Assembly: GCA_044226015.1 (NCBI GenBank)
Contig: JBGAHS010000001.1
Span: 640,001 to 704,000 of the forward strand
DNA: 64,000 bases
Direction of reading: 5' to 3'
Origin: Candidatus Obscuribacteraceae bacterium
GTDB lineage: Bacteria > Cyanobacteriota > Vampirovibrionia > Obscuribacterales > Obscuribacteraceae
A program made the translations under genes and the position numbers. Positions 49,711-60,500 of this stretch are shown in pieces (the first letter of the stretch is position 1; every line of letters starts with the position of its first letter). The notes below the pieces were generated by a model. That model saw only the letters and a list, made by a program, of their open reading frames with translations, did no database searches and was not told the DNA's origin.

Positions 49711-49781
49711 GTCGAAAATTACAATACTTAGCCCCTGGAAGCTCTGGGAAGAGCTTCCACTCGCTGAGTATTGCTTTCGAC
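49711..49781 (+). other. Long interrupted hairpin with a GNRA loop
   Basis: gtcgaaa/tttcgac, caatacttagc/gctgagtattg, tggaagctct-ggga-agagcttcca. Confidence 0.7.
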
Positions 49782-49874
49782 ATTTTAAATGCCAAGGTGC
49801 CGTGCAAATAATTGTTCTCCTAATTTTCTGGCAATGGCAGTAACAATTACTATCACCATAGAACTGAGGGCCCA

Positions 49875-50474
49875 ATGTCTAAAGAGAAAGATGCATCAAA
49901 AGAAATTGCCGAGCCAAAGGCTGTGTCGGAGAGTTCAGCTCTTCACAACGAAGCATTTTCTGAGATGAAAATGAATGCAGTGCAAAACAAAGCATCTACC
50001 AACTCGTCCGAGCGAGCACAATTTCTCGACTGCCCACCAGTGCCTGGCTATGGACATACTCAAGATGACATCTTTCAGCATAATACACGGACTCCAAATG
50101 GACTAAATCATAACCCCATGGAGATGACCATTAACTCCGGACATAGCGTTGATAATGAAATGACAGTTTTTGCAAATCCATCGCTGCGAGAAAATTGGCT
50201 TGCTCATGATGAGCTTCGTGCAATTCCGCACCCTCAAGAATCGCGACATCATAGTCATCGGCATGCTATCGCACCGGCAGAAGGCGGGGGGCGGCCACTA
50301 CCGCAAGATCAGGTTGTTATTCCAAATGTATTATCACCTGGAAGTTTGAGACTACCTGATTTGCCCAGGTTAAACCCAATTGCATCAGCACCGCTAGACA
50401 TAGACCACGAGCGCAACGCCGAACGAGCCCGGCAAGCTGCGCAGAGCGCTCCTTTCCGTCATGTTCGCCATTAG
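49875..50474 (+). CDS. Low-complexity hypothetical protein
   Basis: 199-aa ORF, GAGGG RBS, predicted disordered; LHNEAF motif. Confidence 0.7.
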   Translation: MSKEKDASKEIAEPKAVSESSALHNEAFSEMKMNAVQNKASTNSSERAQFLDCPPVPGYGHTQDDIFQHNTRTPNGLNHNPMEMTINSGHSVDNEMTVFANPSLRENWLAHDELRAIPHPQESRHHSHRHAIAPAEGGGRPLPQDQVVIPNVLSPGSLRLPDLPRLNPIASAPLDIDHERNAERARQAAQSAPFRHVRH

Positions 50475-50484
50475 GTGTGGAACT

Positions 50485-51657
50485 TCAACCCTCTAACGCA
50501 TTGCGCAATGCATTAGGAAATTCACGTGCTTCTCTTTCTGAGAAATAGTGCAATGATGCTCTAATACAGCTTGGGCTCGGTATAGTTCTAACGATTGTCT
50601 TGTTCTTTTCCATATGCTTCACCAAATCTGAATGTGACGCATCAGCAAGCTTGAATGAAACAAGGCTCGACTTTCCATCATTGTCCAGGAAACTAACGCC
50701 TGGTATTTTTGCTAATTCTTCGCGGAGAAGTTTGACGTTGTTGTTTATGAGTTCATATCGCAACTGTGAATTGCCAAAATTCTGATGCTCTTTTATTGCT
50801 GCACGCAATCCCGACAGTAATGGAAACGGTGCAGTAGCTACTTCAAATCGCGATGCGTCGGGTAGCCATCCCGTTGGCTTGCCACCGGCGTCAAACTGGC
50901 TTCCTCTCCATCCAGAGAAGGTGGGTTCGATGAGCTCCAGTGAGCCAGGCGAAACGTAGAGACCTCCGAGCCCCTCCGGACCCCCGAGCCATTTATGTCC
51001 TGTTATCGCATAAAAATCTGCATTGAGATTGGCAAGATCCAGCGGCAGCACTCCGGCAGATTGTGCACCATCCACCAGAACCAGTACGCCATGGCTGCGG
51101 CAGAGTTCAACGATTTCTTTGCATGGAAGCACTCTGCCGGTGTTCCACAGAACATGGCTGAACATGAAGAGCCTTGGCTTCAATTTCAAAGCTCTCTCTG
51201 TTTCCTGCAGAATTTCCTGGTCAGATTGCAGGTTCGCAAAATTGCAGATTTGCAGATTCAACTTTCTTCTTTTACATAGTTGATTGACTGCGGTCATCAC
51301 GCCGTTGTGCTCGGAGTCGGTTGTAAGAACAGTCTCTCCTTCTTTCCAATCGACGCCCCAGAGCGCTATGTTGCAGCCCTCAGTTGCATTTTGTGTCATG
51401 GCCCAATCAGCGGCTCTTCCGCCGAACTCTGACGCTAGCGCTTCCTTTGTTTGATGAATGAGTTCCAGCATCCATCCCCATATAAAGCTGCTAAAGGGAC
51501 CATGCTCTTGCACATAACTGTAGGCTGAGTTGATTGCCTCTAAAGCCGCAATCGACATCACTCCCTGTCCACCGAAGTTCAAGTAATTCTTGTTCTTCAG
51601 TCCTGGAAATCTTTCACGCTGCTTGTTGATGCGGTCTTCTTCAATTTGAACTTTCAA
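50485..51657 (-). CDS. Class V PLP aminotransferase (cysteine/cystine lyase C-DES or CefD-like)
   Basis: YLNFGGQG, NATEG, SHVLWNTG, DGAQS, TGHKWLGGPEG; TTG at 51657 with GGAGA RBS overlapping the pyrF end. Confidence 0.9.
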   Translation of the reverse strand: MKVQIEEDRINKQRERFPGLKNKNYLNFGGQGVMSIAALEAINSAYSYVQEHGPFSSFIWGWMLELIHQTKEALASEFGGRAADWAMTQNATEGCNIALWGVDWKEGETVLTTDSEHNGVMTAVNQLCKRRKLNLQICNFANLQSDQEILQETERALKLKPRLFMFSHVLWNTGRVLPCKEIVELCRSHGVLVLVDGAQSAGVLPLDLANLNADFYAITGHKWLGGPEGLGGLYVSPGSLELIEPTFSGWRGSQFDAGGKPTGWLPDASRFEVATAPFPLLSGLRAAIKEHQNFGNSQLRYELINNNVKLLREELAKIPGVSFLDNDGKSSLVSFKLADASHSDLVKHMEKNKTIVRTIPSPSCIRASLHYFSEREAREFPNALRNALEG

Positions 51658-52396
51658 GTGCTTCTCCGATTTCTTCAACTATTTTCTTAGCCGCCGATTT
51701 CGGGTCTTTCGCACTAGTTATTGGTCTGCCAACTACCAGGTAGTCAGACCCGCGCTTAATAGCTTCAAATGGTGTAGTGAAACGGCTCTGGTCGTTCGCC
51801 TCAGCCCAAGTCGGGCGTACACCAGGTGTGACTATTACCATGCTTGAGCCAAGTTCTTTGCGAAGTGGAGCTACTTCTTCTGGAGAGGCAACCAGTCCGG
51901 TTATGCCATTCTCTTTGCACTGTCTTGCTAGCCTCAGTACGTGCTCTTCAATGCTTCCATTTACTGCAAGTTCGCGACTGAGGGTGTCCTGGCTGATGCT
52001 GGTCAAAACGGTGACCGCAAGCACCACCGGTGGTGTTATGTTGTTCTTCTCTGCTCGAGTTCTAACAGCATCAGCCGCTGCTTTTAACATGCTTGAGCCA
52101 CCACCTGCATGGATGGTGAACATGTGCACCCCATGGTTGGTAGCTTCTTCGGCAGCCTTAGCTACCGTATTTGGAATGTCCAAAAATTTGCAGTCCAGAA
52201 ATATCTTGCAGTTGGCTGATTGAAAGATCTTTAATATTTCGGGTCCGTAATGTGTAAACAGTTGGAGTCCAATTTTGAAAACTCCCACATGCTCATGAAG
52301 CTCGTCGAGATATCGACGAGCTTCTTCAATATTCGAGGTATCTACCGCCAGAATTAAGCGGTCGCGAGCCTTAATGCTTGTAGCTGACGCTTGCAA
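51641..52396 (-). CDS. pyrF: Orotidine-5'-phosphate decarboxylase
   Basis: LAVD, FKIG, DCKFLDIPNTV, VTVLTS, TPGVRP, VVGRPIT. Confidence 0.97.
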   Translation of the reverse strand: MQASATSIKARDRLILAVDTSNIEEARRYLDELHEHVGVFKIGLQLFTHYGPEILKIFQSANCKIFLDCKFLDIPNTVAKAAEEATNHGVHMFTIHAGGGSSMLKAAADAVRTRAEKNNITPPVVLAVTVLTSISQDTLSRELAVNGSIEEHVLRLARQCKENGITGLVASPEEVAPLRKELGSSMVIVTPGVRPTWAEANDQSRFTTPFEAIKRGSDYLVVGRPITSAKDPKSAAKKIVEEIGEALESSN

Positions 52397-52446
52397 TGCT
52401 TAGCCCCTTTAATGGGAGTGACCTTGCGAACCCTTAGCTAACTGAT

Positions 52447-52668
52447 TTATTTCTCAGCGCCTGCTTTTTCAAGCTTCTTATAGCGCTTGACGAAGCGGTC
52501 TACACGCCCTTCTGTGTCAACAATCTTCTGCTGACCGGTGTAATAGGGGTGGCAGCTGCTGCAAATTTCAACTCTTATCTGATTTTTGGTTGATCCGAGT
52601 TCAACCTTGTTGCCGCAAACGCAGACTGCGACAACTTCACCGTACTTCGGATGAATACCTTCCTTCAT
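52447..52668 (-). CDS. rpmE: 50S ribosomal protein L31 (Zn-binding type)
   Basis: [28 protein letters not shown]. Confidence 0.97.
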   Translation of the reverse strand: MKEGIHPKYGEVVAVCVCGNKVELGSTKNQIRVEICSSCHPYYTGQQKIVDTEGRVDRFVKRYKKLEKAGAEK

Positions 52669-52913
52669 CTCAAACCTTCAATGTATAAGGAAACGAAAAT
52701 AGCGCCTGAAGGACGCCAGAGCATGATCTTAGCAGATATATGCCAGGAGTAAAGCAAAGTATTAACGCAGAAGTTACCACTTCGGCGGCTTGGACGCTTT
52801 ACCAGTGTCGATAGTAAGGATAGTAAACCTTCCCCTGATCGCTGGCATCTCCCACTGGGCATGGATACAAATCAGGACTCAAGGTAGGCTCCTGCCAGCG
52901 CTCCGGCGATGGA

Positions 52914-53480
52914 TCACTGGTTAATTGGTTGGTGAACTTCAAGCCCTTCGCCAGGTGTCATGGTCAGTCTCTGCCCTTCAACATTCAAATAGACCGGTTC
53001 TTTGCTTTCGATTGATTTCACCGTGCGGGCGATTTGTTCAACTCTGGTTTGAATTGAGTCACCACTGCCATTGGCCGAAAAGCGGTGAGATAGGTTCAGT
53101 TCGATTGCACCATTTGCTTCGTTCATACCGAGCAGAATGGTTCCGCGCGGTATTTCACTTCCCAAACCAGTAGCGCATTCTTCTGCCGTTGGTCCATCAA
53201 GCAGTGCGCGAACCGCTGTTTCAAGTTTGTTCTTCCTGAGAATTCCTGCTTTGCGTTTGATTTGTACCAGGTCTAAGTTACCGTTATCGGACTTCACAAA
53301 GCACAAGTTGAAGACGCTATCTGATGCCGATTCCTCCAACGTATGAACCGGGTCTTGAAGTATCGTATGAGTGAAGCTGCATGAGCTAACAAATGCGATA
53401 CTGCTCAAAATCGAGACTACGGATGCCACAGCTTTGTGCTTGCCGGGGGGGAAGTGCCCCGCTAAAGTGTGTTTTGTCAT
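52914..53480 (-). CDS. GerMN-domain protein
   Basis: AVRALLDGPT..E...GL.SEIP.GT, LNLS..F...G, QIART, VEGQ. Confidence 0.85.
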   Translation of the reverse strand: MTKHTLAGHFPPGKHKAVASVVSILSSIAFVSSCSFTHTILQDPVHTLEESASDSVFNLCFVKSDNGNLDLVQIKRKAGILRKNKLETAVRALLDGPTAEECATGLGSEIPRGTILLGMNEANGAIELNLSHRFSANGSGDSIQTRVEQIARTVKSIESKEPVYLNVEGQRLTMTPGEGLEVHQPINQ

Positions 53481-53503
53481 CGAATTTTCTTTCTAGTTGC
53501 AGT

Positions 53504-54676
53504 TTATCTGCTGGCGTTTTCTGCAGGTTTTTGTTCCGCAGGCACCGGCTTTGGTACCAGTAATAGCTTACCTGCAAATTGCACATTTTGCTCACCAAGT
53601 TGAAATTTCGTAAGTCGAAATGCATGAGTCTTTCGGTCGAACTTTCCAACGTCCAATAAAGGATTCAGTAGGTCTTCGCTAAATTTGGAGAACTCAGCCG
53701 GGTTCATTATGTCCTTCGAATCGACCGTTGTCTCCTTCAAGAAAATGAACCGTTCACCATCCAGGTATGGCTTGGCGACTATATCGAGAGTGATACCTGT
53801 TTCTTTTGGAGCATTAGCTGTTATCAGCCAGGTGTTGATTTTGACTTTGCCGTTTTCAATTTTGACCTTGGGTTCTAAGACCTGCAAATGCTGGTCGCCC
53901 AGACCTGGAAGTTGCAAGCGCAAAAAGTTTAGTTGCGATGAAATCTCAGGGCTTTGCAGTGCTCTTGAAACATCCTTTTCATCTACCTGTCCAGAGACTG
54001 CCACCATGACCGGTGCCCCGACTCCTGCTGCCCCCTTTGAGGTCCTAAACAAACGGACCTGTAAAGGTGTGGTGGTTTCTAGTTTCAGGTCTGCAATTGG
54101 GATCTTCCGGTAAGAGCAATGATTCAGGTCAATCGAAACTGACTTGAATTTGCCGGCGAGGCAGTCGCTCATCGCATATATTTTGAAACGTACCTTCGGA
54201 CGACCATGCAGAAAAAGTTTGGCGCTTATTGAACTGCCCAGGTTCAAGCTTGTTTCTGTTAGCCAATTTAGTCCAGAATACTTTTGGACGTTGCGGCTGA
54301 TTTTTCCTGATACATGAAATGGTGGTGCTAGCTCAGCGCTGGGGGCTGCCTTCTGCTCTGAGGAACTGGATTGCACGCCAGGCTCGGAAGCTAACAGCAT
54401 GCTTTGGTCATCTTCAAGAGAAAATGTGGACTTTGAATCGCAGATTGATGAGAAATTTCGCTCTGTCTTTTCTCTGCAAAAGCAGTCTATATGAGAATTC
54501 ACGGCGAGCTGCGTTACGCTATGTGAATGATTGCTGCTCTCTTCGACTAATTTAATTGTTGACTCATAAGCTGTTGTCGAGGAGAGCCCGGAAGCTTCTC
54601 CTGCAGTAGTGCTAGTGCTGGCTAAAACACCCAGCACCACTTGTGATATCAACAATGAAACGAGGAATTCGTGCAT
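53504..54676 (-). CDS. Exported DUF2993/LmeA-like protein
   Basis: Signal-like N-terminus; L.GKFKSVSI, elongated beta-rich pattern, NPLLD. Confidence 0.65.
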   Translation of the reverse strand: MHEFLVSLLISQVVLGVLASTSTTAGEASGLSSTTAYESTIKLVEESSNHSHSVTQLAVNSHIDCFCREKTERNFSSICDSKSTFSLEDDQSMLLASEPGVQSSSSEQKAAPSAELAPPFHVSGKISRNVQKYSGLNWLTETSLNLGSSISAKLFLHGRPKVRFKIYAMSDCLAGKFKSVSIDLNHCSYRKIPIADLKLETTTPLQVRLFRTSKGAAGVGAPVMVAVSGQVDEKDVSRALQSPEISSQLNFLRLQLPGLGDQHLQVLEPKVKIENGKVKINTWLITANAPKETGITLDIVAKPYLDGERFIFLKETTVDSKDIMNPAEFSKFSEDLLNPLLDVGKFDRKTHAFRLTKFQLGEQNVQFAGKLLLVPKPVPAEQKPAENASR

Positions 54677-54764
54677 AACGCTTGCTTCTTGACTTGATTG
54701 AGCATAGCAGAATTATGTCTTTGCATAAAAGGAAAGACAAGCCAAAATCTCATTTGTAAAGCGC

Positions 54765-55679
54765 TTACTTGCCTTCGGTTGAAGGACCCTTCATCTTTTC
54801 GTTGAGCGCTTCCTTGAGCAGCTCGTTCTGCTTCAACAAAGCCTTTAAGTGCTCATTGGCAATGGCTAATTCCGCCTGCAACTCAGCTACGGTTTGCTCA
54901 TAGGTCACGCCAGTTACAGGGTCTCTTCCTGGCATCTTAGGCAGGAGGACGTAGCCAAGTTGAACGGCCTTCAAAGCTGCAGCCGTTCTTGTTGGAACTT
55001 TCAATTTAGCAAGAATACACTCGATATGCTTTTCAACTGTTCTCAGTTTCATATCTAATTCTTCGGCGATCTCTTTATTACGCAAGTCAAGACGAATCAA
55101 GACCTCGATTTCTCGATCGGTCAGATTCGTGTTGGGCATCGCGTTGGCTGGCGTTTGCTTCACCAATTGAGTGATTTTGGGGTCACAATAAGGCAAGCCC
55201 CTCGTTACCTGATCAATCGCGTCAAAAAGAGTTCTGGGACCAGAACTCTTCAAGCAGAATCCGCGTACACCAGCCCTTATCAGCTGATTGTGGTACTTGG
55301 TCGCGTGATATGAGTCGGTCAGAATTAGTAAATTAGTTTGTGGCATTTCAGTCGTAATGCGACGAGCCACTTCGACCCCATTCAGGATATCTAAATCGAC
55401 ATCCAGTATTACGAATTGTGGGTTGAGTCGTCTGATAATTTCGGTCGCAGCCATACCGTCGGAAGCTTCACCGATAATTTCAAGAACTTCGGAGACAACT
55501 CTTTTCAACCCGAAACGGATGAGCTCATGACGCTCGCAGACTACTGTCTTGGGGCGGAAACTTGAACCACGAGAAGGTAAACCGGATTCCAACGAAAACT
55601 CCAATTTTTTGTACTCTACAAGTAGAACTTCTGAAATGATCTCAGCTTGACAAAGTTTTGTCCGCGCTAATTCTATCAA
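54765..55679 (-). CDS. NarL/FixJ-family response regulator (REC + LuxR HTH) with terminal extensions; start uncertain
   Basis: ILDVDL..LNG, LILT, CLK; LTDREIEVL...NKEIAEEL..RTVEKH...KL. Confidence 0.9.
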   Translation of the reverse strand: MIELARTKLCQAEIISEVLLVEYKKLEFSLESGLPSRGSSFRPKTVVCERHELIRFGLKRVVSEVLEIIGEASDGMAATEIIRRLNPQFVILDVDLDILNGVEVARRITTEMPQTNLLILTDSYHATKYHNQLIRAGVRGFCLKSSGPRTLFDAIDQVTRGLPYCDPKITQLVKQTPANAMPNTNLTDREIEVLIRLDLRNKEIAEELDMKLRTVEKHIECILAKLKVPTRTAAALKAVQLGYVLLPKMPGRDPVTGVTYEQTVAELQAELAIANEHLKALLKQNELLKEALNEKMKGPSTEGK

Positions 55680-56039
55680 TTCTTGAAGCGCAGTGTAACG
55701 GTTCTGAAAGTCCGCATGAGAGCAAACTTACGCAATTGCGTTCTGTTCGTCAAGAGTTGAGCTGTTTCTTGCTGTCTAAAATCGCGTTGTCAGGTGATCT
55801 TGCCCTATGTTTTCAAGTGTAATTGTAAGCTTGGGTCATCCTTATCCATCATAAGTTTTGAGAGTTCTCACCATGATTTCAAGGTGTTGCCTGTCATGAC
55901 TTGCCGGGGTACTATGGGTGGTGCTTACTAACTTGTAGCGATTTGTCTAAACAATGATTTCGCTAGCAAGCGGTGTACTAAAAGACGCCATCACCTTTAC
56001 TAACTTTCTCGGCCTTAGTGCCGCTGGAGACGGAGTACG

Positions 56040-57485
56040 ATGAAGACCACGTTGCTGCAAAAGGCTCAAAGGGCGAGTTCGCTTATGTTCGCTCTCTCTC
56101 TGCTAATGCAACCAGCCTTAGCACAGTCAACCCCTTCACTCGCTCCGAGAGCGACTAACATTCCGACCGTCAGCCCATCGGTGGCTCCGCAGAGTACCAT
56201 TCTGCCGACTGACACTCTGCCACTACCGGCAGTGCAGAACCGCATGACCTTCGCAGAGAATTTGCAGCTTCGCATTTTGCAAAAATTACCAGCCCGATTT
56301 TATTTCAATGCCACTTGCGAAACTTCGGTTCGTGATGAAACGAACCCATTTCAGTTTCCTAAAAAAGCATCTCTGATGCGTCAGCTTCCTCCTCCCACTA
56401 TCTGGCGATTACTCAGCTACACACAGCAGCAGCAGCTGTATGATACTGTCGGATTGGTAGCAAGAAATGACGCTGTGTTCCGTGTACTACCTAACATCAC
56501 GGCGGGGTGGACTCTGACCCCACGCACGCGTTTGTATGGTAACTACTTCATGATTCGCGACCAATTGGCTCACGAAATCAGAATCAACACAGTAATTCAC
56601 TCAATAGGTGTTGGTATTCAGCAAGACATTCCCGTGACATCACGAGGAAATTTGCAAGCTGAATTTCAGTTCCGTGAACTTTATTCATTGCACCAACAGT
56701 CAGTTTTCGACTTCTTGCCTGGTCTGACCTTGTCTTATGTGCTGACACCACGCATAGTGCTATTCACTAATGCCCTCATGCAGATGCGCGGTAAGGCCTT
56801 TTTCCAGGCTCCAACAAAAGAGTTAGACCCCTTCTTCACATGGGGCGGACTCTATCAGAAAAATGGTTGGACTTTCTCTGCGTCCACTACCTTTGTGCAG
56901 AACTTCCGGGAGCCTTTCGTTCATAATTCAACAATTCCAGTAAACAACTATTCCTTCATTTCTGACTTTGAAATTGCCAGACGCGTAATTAAGCAGTTGC
57001 CTGGTTTGCAAGCCTTCGTCAGAGCTGAGCCAATTTGGAACTTCCACGGAAAGAACAAGCCAGGCTTGTCCGGTATGGACTTTCGTGTTTTCTTTGGCAT
57101 GAGAATGTCTATGGCTAAGCCTGCCTTGACAGGGGCTCTTGAGCAGCTCAAGCAGCAGCTTGAAGAACAAGAACTCGAGCAACCAGATCCAGGTCAAAAG
57201 AAACCAGGCAGCGAAACTAAGCCATCTGCTCTTATACCGGCTCATGAGCTCATTGCATCAAGCCCTCAACCAATGCATGGTTTCTTGAATGCTCAGGGCA
57301 AGGAAGATGCCGAAGGCCCAATGCAGGAGTTTGCAAATCAGAGTGAGGACCCTCTAGCTGGTCCAGCCACCAATCAATTTGCAGATCAAATTGGTCAAAG
57401 CGCACCAGTTGATCCAGCCAATGAAACTGCAGCACTGATACCAGATCAGACTTCTGTTGGAGCAATGCCAGTTAGCCTGCACTAA
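56040..57485 (+). CDS. Exported hypothetical protein, possible outer-membrane beta-barrel
   Basis: Signal peptide ending ALA-Q; many amphipathic aromatic-ended strands; acidic disordered tail. Confidence 0.7.
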   Translation: MKTTLLQKAQRASSLMFALSLLMQPALAQSTPSLAPRATNIPTVSPSVAPQSTILPTDTLPLPAVQNRMTFAENLQLRILQKLPARFYFNATCETSVRDETNPFQFPKKASLMRQLPPPTIWRLLSYTQQQQLYDTVGLVARNDAVFRVLPNITAGWTLTPRTRLYGNYFMIRDQLAHEIRINTVIHSIGVGIQQDIPVTSRGNLQAEFQFRELYSLHQQSVFDFLPGLTLSYVLTPRIVLFTNALMQMRGKAFFQAPTKELDPFFTWGGLYQKNGWTFSASTTFVQNFREPFVHNSTIPVNNYSFISDFEIARRVIKQLPGLQAFVRAEPIWNFHGKNKPGLSGMDFRVFFGMRMSMAKPALTGALEQLKQQLEEQELEQPDPGQKKPGSETKPSALIPAHELIASSPQPMHGFLNAQGKEDAEGPMQEFANQSEDPLAGPATNQFADQIGQSAPVDPANETAALIPDQTSVGAMPVSLH

Positions 57486-57528
57486 ACAAGTACAAGTTAA
57501 ACTCAGTTTTGTCTTTTATTTGGAGCAA

Positions 57529-60500
57529 CTAAACTGGGCGCAGCTTGTTTGAGATTGGTCTCTTAACAAGTCTTCCGATTTTGCTTGAAAGGTCTTTGAC
57601 CACTCCAGTGATTCCGGCCTTTATAGGCATGTCCTGGTGGTTTGCGCGTGTCGGAACGCCAGCTGCAACAGGCATGTCTTGATGGTTGTTGCGAGCAGGA
57701 ATTCCTACTGCCAGCGGAATATCTTGCTGATTTGCTCTCAACGGAGCACCGGCTGCGATAGGCATATCTTGTTGATTTGCGCGTACTCTTGCCGCTGCAG
57801 AACTTGGGATGTCCTGCTGATTGTTGCGTATGCGTGATGCGTTTGCAACTGGCATGTCTTGATGATTTCCGAAAAGACCGCCGATGATGAGTTCTGGAAG
57901 TCTCATCTTTTCAGGCTTATGAGCTTTCGCAGGCTTTTGTGTGGATGAATTTGTGCTCGACTGTTCGGCTTCTGTGCCACCGCTGACGGTGCCCAAATAG
58001 CTGTCGAGTAATTCGCGATCAATGGTTGTTTCACTCACAACTGTCACGAGATTGTCTATGTTGAAATCTCTTTGGAGAGTGTTGAGGAAAGTGGTGATTT
58101 CTTCAGCTTCTGGAAGCTCGAGAACCTGTCTGCTCTTAAGTTCAACGATTCTCTTGCCGTCAATATTCTCTTCACGAATGTTGGCGCCGTTCAGGTCTGC
58201 AATCAGCCAGGCTATTGCCTGGTTTTGATAAAGCGATTCTGCAATTGATTGCAGTGTTTCGCCTTCGCTGACCATGTGTGTGCGGCGATGAAGAATTTTG
58301 TGAGCATCGAGATTTGGAGCAACGGTTCCGATTTGTTCGCCGGTTTCCGGGTCAACAAGCATGAGTTCATTTCTTACTTTTGCTGCGCCGCCCATGGCTA
58401 TAACTGCCGCTATGGTGAGTTCGACACCCGTTAAATATCTCTTGTTTTTGTCAGCGCCGAATTCTCTGATGCGGCGAATGGGGAGTCCGTTTTCATCGAC
58501 GCCATCTTCATATTCAAGTTGAGCTAACTCAGCATTGCTGATACCAACAACTCCTTGTGTGTCTACCTTGTTTGTCAGAACTTGACCATGGATGTCGACC
58601 GGGCGTCCCTTTGCGTCAACCAGAACCCCATCGACCTTTTCGATATTCATTTTGCCAGCAGGCAATTCATTGCTTTTGTGATTAGCCAGCAAGGTGTCAG
58701 CTAGATGCTTGCCACCATTTACGGTGTCAAGGTTGAACTGCGTTTTGCCATTGACCAACTCAGAGGAAACTATGCCTTTTTCTGTGAGCGTTGCCATGCT
58801 GGCATCTTTTCTGGCGATAATGGTGCCATCTTCTGCTCTAACAATAACTTTGCCAGCTTCAATATTGAGCTGTCCGTTTAGATTGCCACGCTCTTGTAGT
58901 CCCGCTGCTGTGACTGCTGCCGTTTTTTCTCCAACTAGCAAAACGCGATCTGAAAGTCCTGCTACTGATGTTGAGGTGACTGCCAGTTTGTCAGCCATGA
59001 TTGATGTGGCTAGCGGCTTTTCCGAGAGTGAAAAGGCGGTTCTTTCCGTGTTGCTTATGCCTAGCATGGCAGCAATATTCTTTTCCACAGCGATCAAGTT
59101 AACCTTGTCTGTAGCAGCCAAGGTGTTAAGTGCAATTGCTTTGCCAGTTGTGGGGTCAATTTCGCTTCCCGTTGAAATTCTGGCAAACGATGGCAATGTG
59201 AGTTCTCTGCCTGCGCCGATGACGTTTTGCACTGATTTGTCAGCGCTTGCAACGTTTTGCAATGGAATACTCAGATCTACTGGTCTGGCTCGGTGGTCAT
59301 CTGTGTCAAGCGCCACTTTTCCTGCCTCGCTGCGAACAAGCTGCGACGGCTCAACGGAAGCAACCCGCGCAGGTTCCTGCGCTGATTGTGCTTTGCCTAA
59401 ATCTATGGTGTTAAACGATGTTCGTTCGACGTTGTTGGAAGCTGCAATTGTTCTGTCACTCTGTCGCACGTCTGCGAAATCTCGCACGTCACGGCTTGAA
59501 CCAGCCAGTGTGCTTGATTCTCTTTCTCGCCCAGCACTTTGTTCTCTGGAAAAATCGCGGCTAGAGGAAGCTTGCTCGGTTCTTGAAGCCGAATTCAGCG
59601 CTGCGTTATTCTCGGTTCTAGCTGCCAGGTCTACTCTGCCACCGGCAGTGGTGTCGCGGAAGCCGAGATCTCTTGTTGCCACATCTTTGCCTGGGTCGGC
59701 AGTTTTGAACTGCGGCAACTCCACCTTAGCTGCTTGGTCAGAGCCAACTTGCGGCCTGAAATCGGCAACCGCTGGTCTTCCGTCAGGTGCTTTCGTGCTG
59801 AAATCAGCGAGGTGCGGACCTTCCGAATTCTTTGAGTCAGAGCTCTTGAAATCTGCTCTAATCTCAGGTGCTTTCAGTTCTGATGATTTGAAATCGACTC
59901 TGGCAGGTTCGTTTGATTTAGCCGCAAAGTCAACTCGTCCTGTCGGAAGTGAGCCATTTTGCTTGGCTTCATCAATTGAACACGCGCCCGGTTTTCCATT
60001 GTAGCCATTCAGTTGATCGAGAAGTCCGGTCGATTTCTCTGTCTGGTTGTTAGAGCGCATGTCTGCAGCTGCAACATTTTTTTGTACTTCGCTTGTTCTC
60101 AATCCCAAGTCAGTACGAATGGCTGGGTCGAGTTTCGATGAGTCAATTTTGAAAGATGGTTCCACCCGCAATCCGTCAAAACGATCTTGCAGTTTCTGCC
60201 CGTCTTCTGGTTTTACTTCTGTATTGCGCGAGCCGATCTGAAAGCCATTTTGTCTGGCTTCTTCAACGGTGCACGGTCCTACTTTTGAATTGCCACTTTG
60301 AAGTTGTTCAATGAGTGACGGTCCATTTGAACCGGTCGAACGTTCTACTTTGGATGACTCGTCTTTTGGAACGTTCAACGCATCGCTTTTAGATGCTCTG
60401 TTGATTTGATCGTTGGTTGAAACTTGAACTGCTGCATCAATCTTGAAACCATTTTGTTTGGCTTCTTCTATGGTGCAAGGACCAACTTTGTTGTTTCCCT

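Noticed and set aside
58694..60004. 436-aa ORF on the + strand
   Set aside because: Antisense shadow of the 1230-aa gene; Ser/Ala-rich with no motifs.
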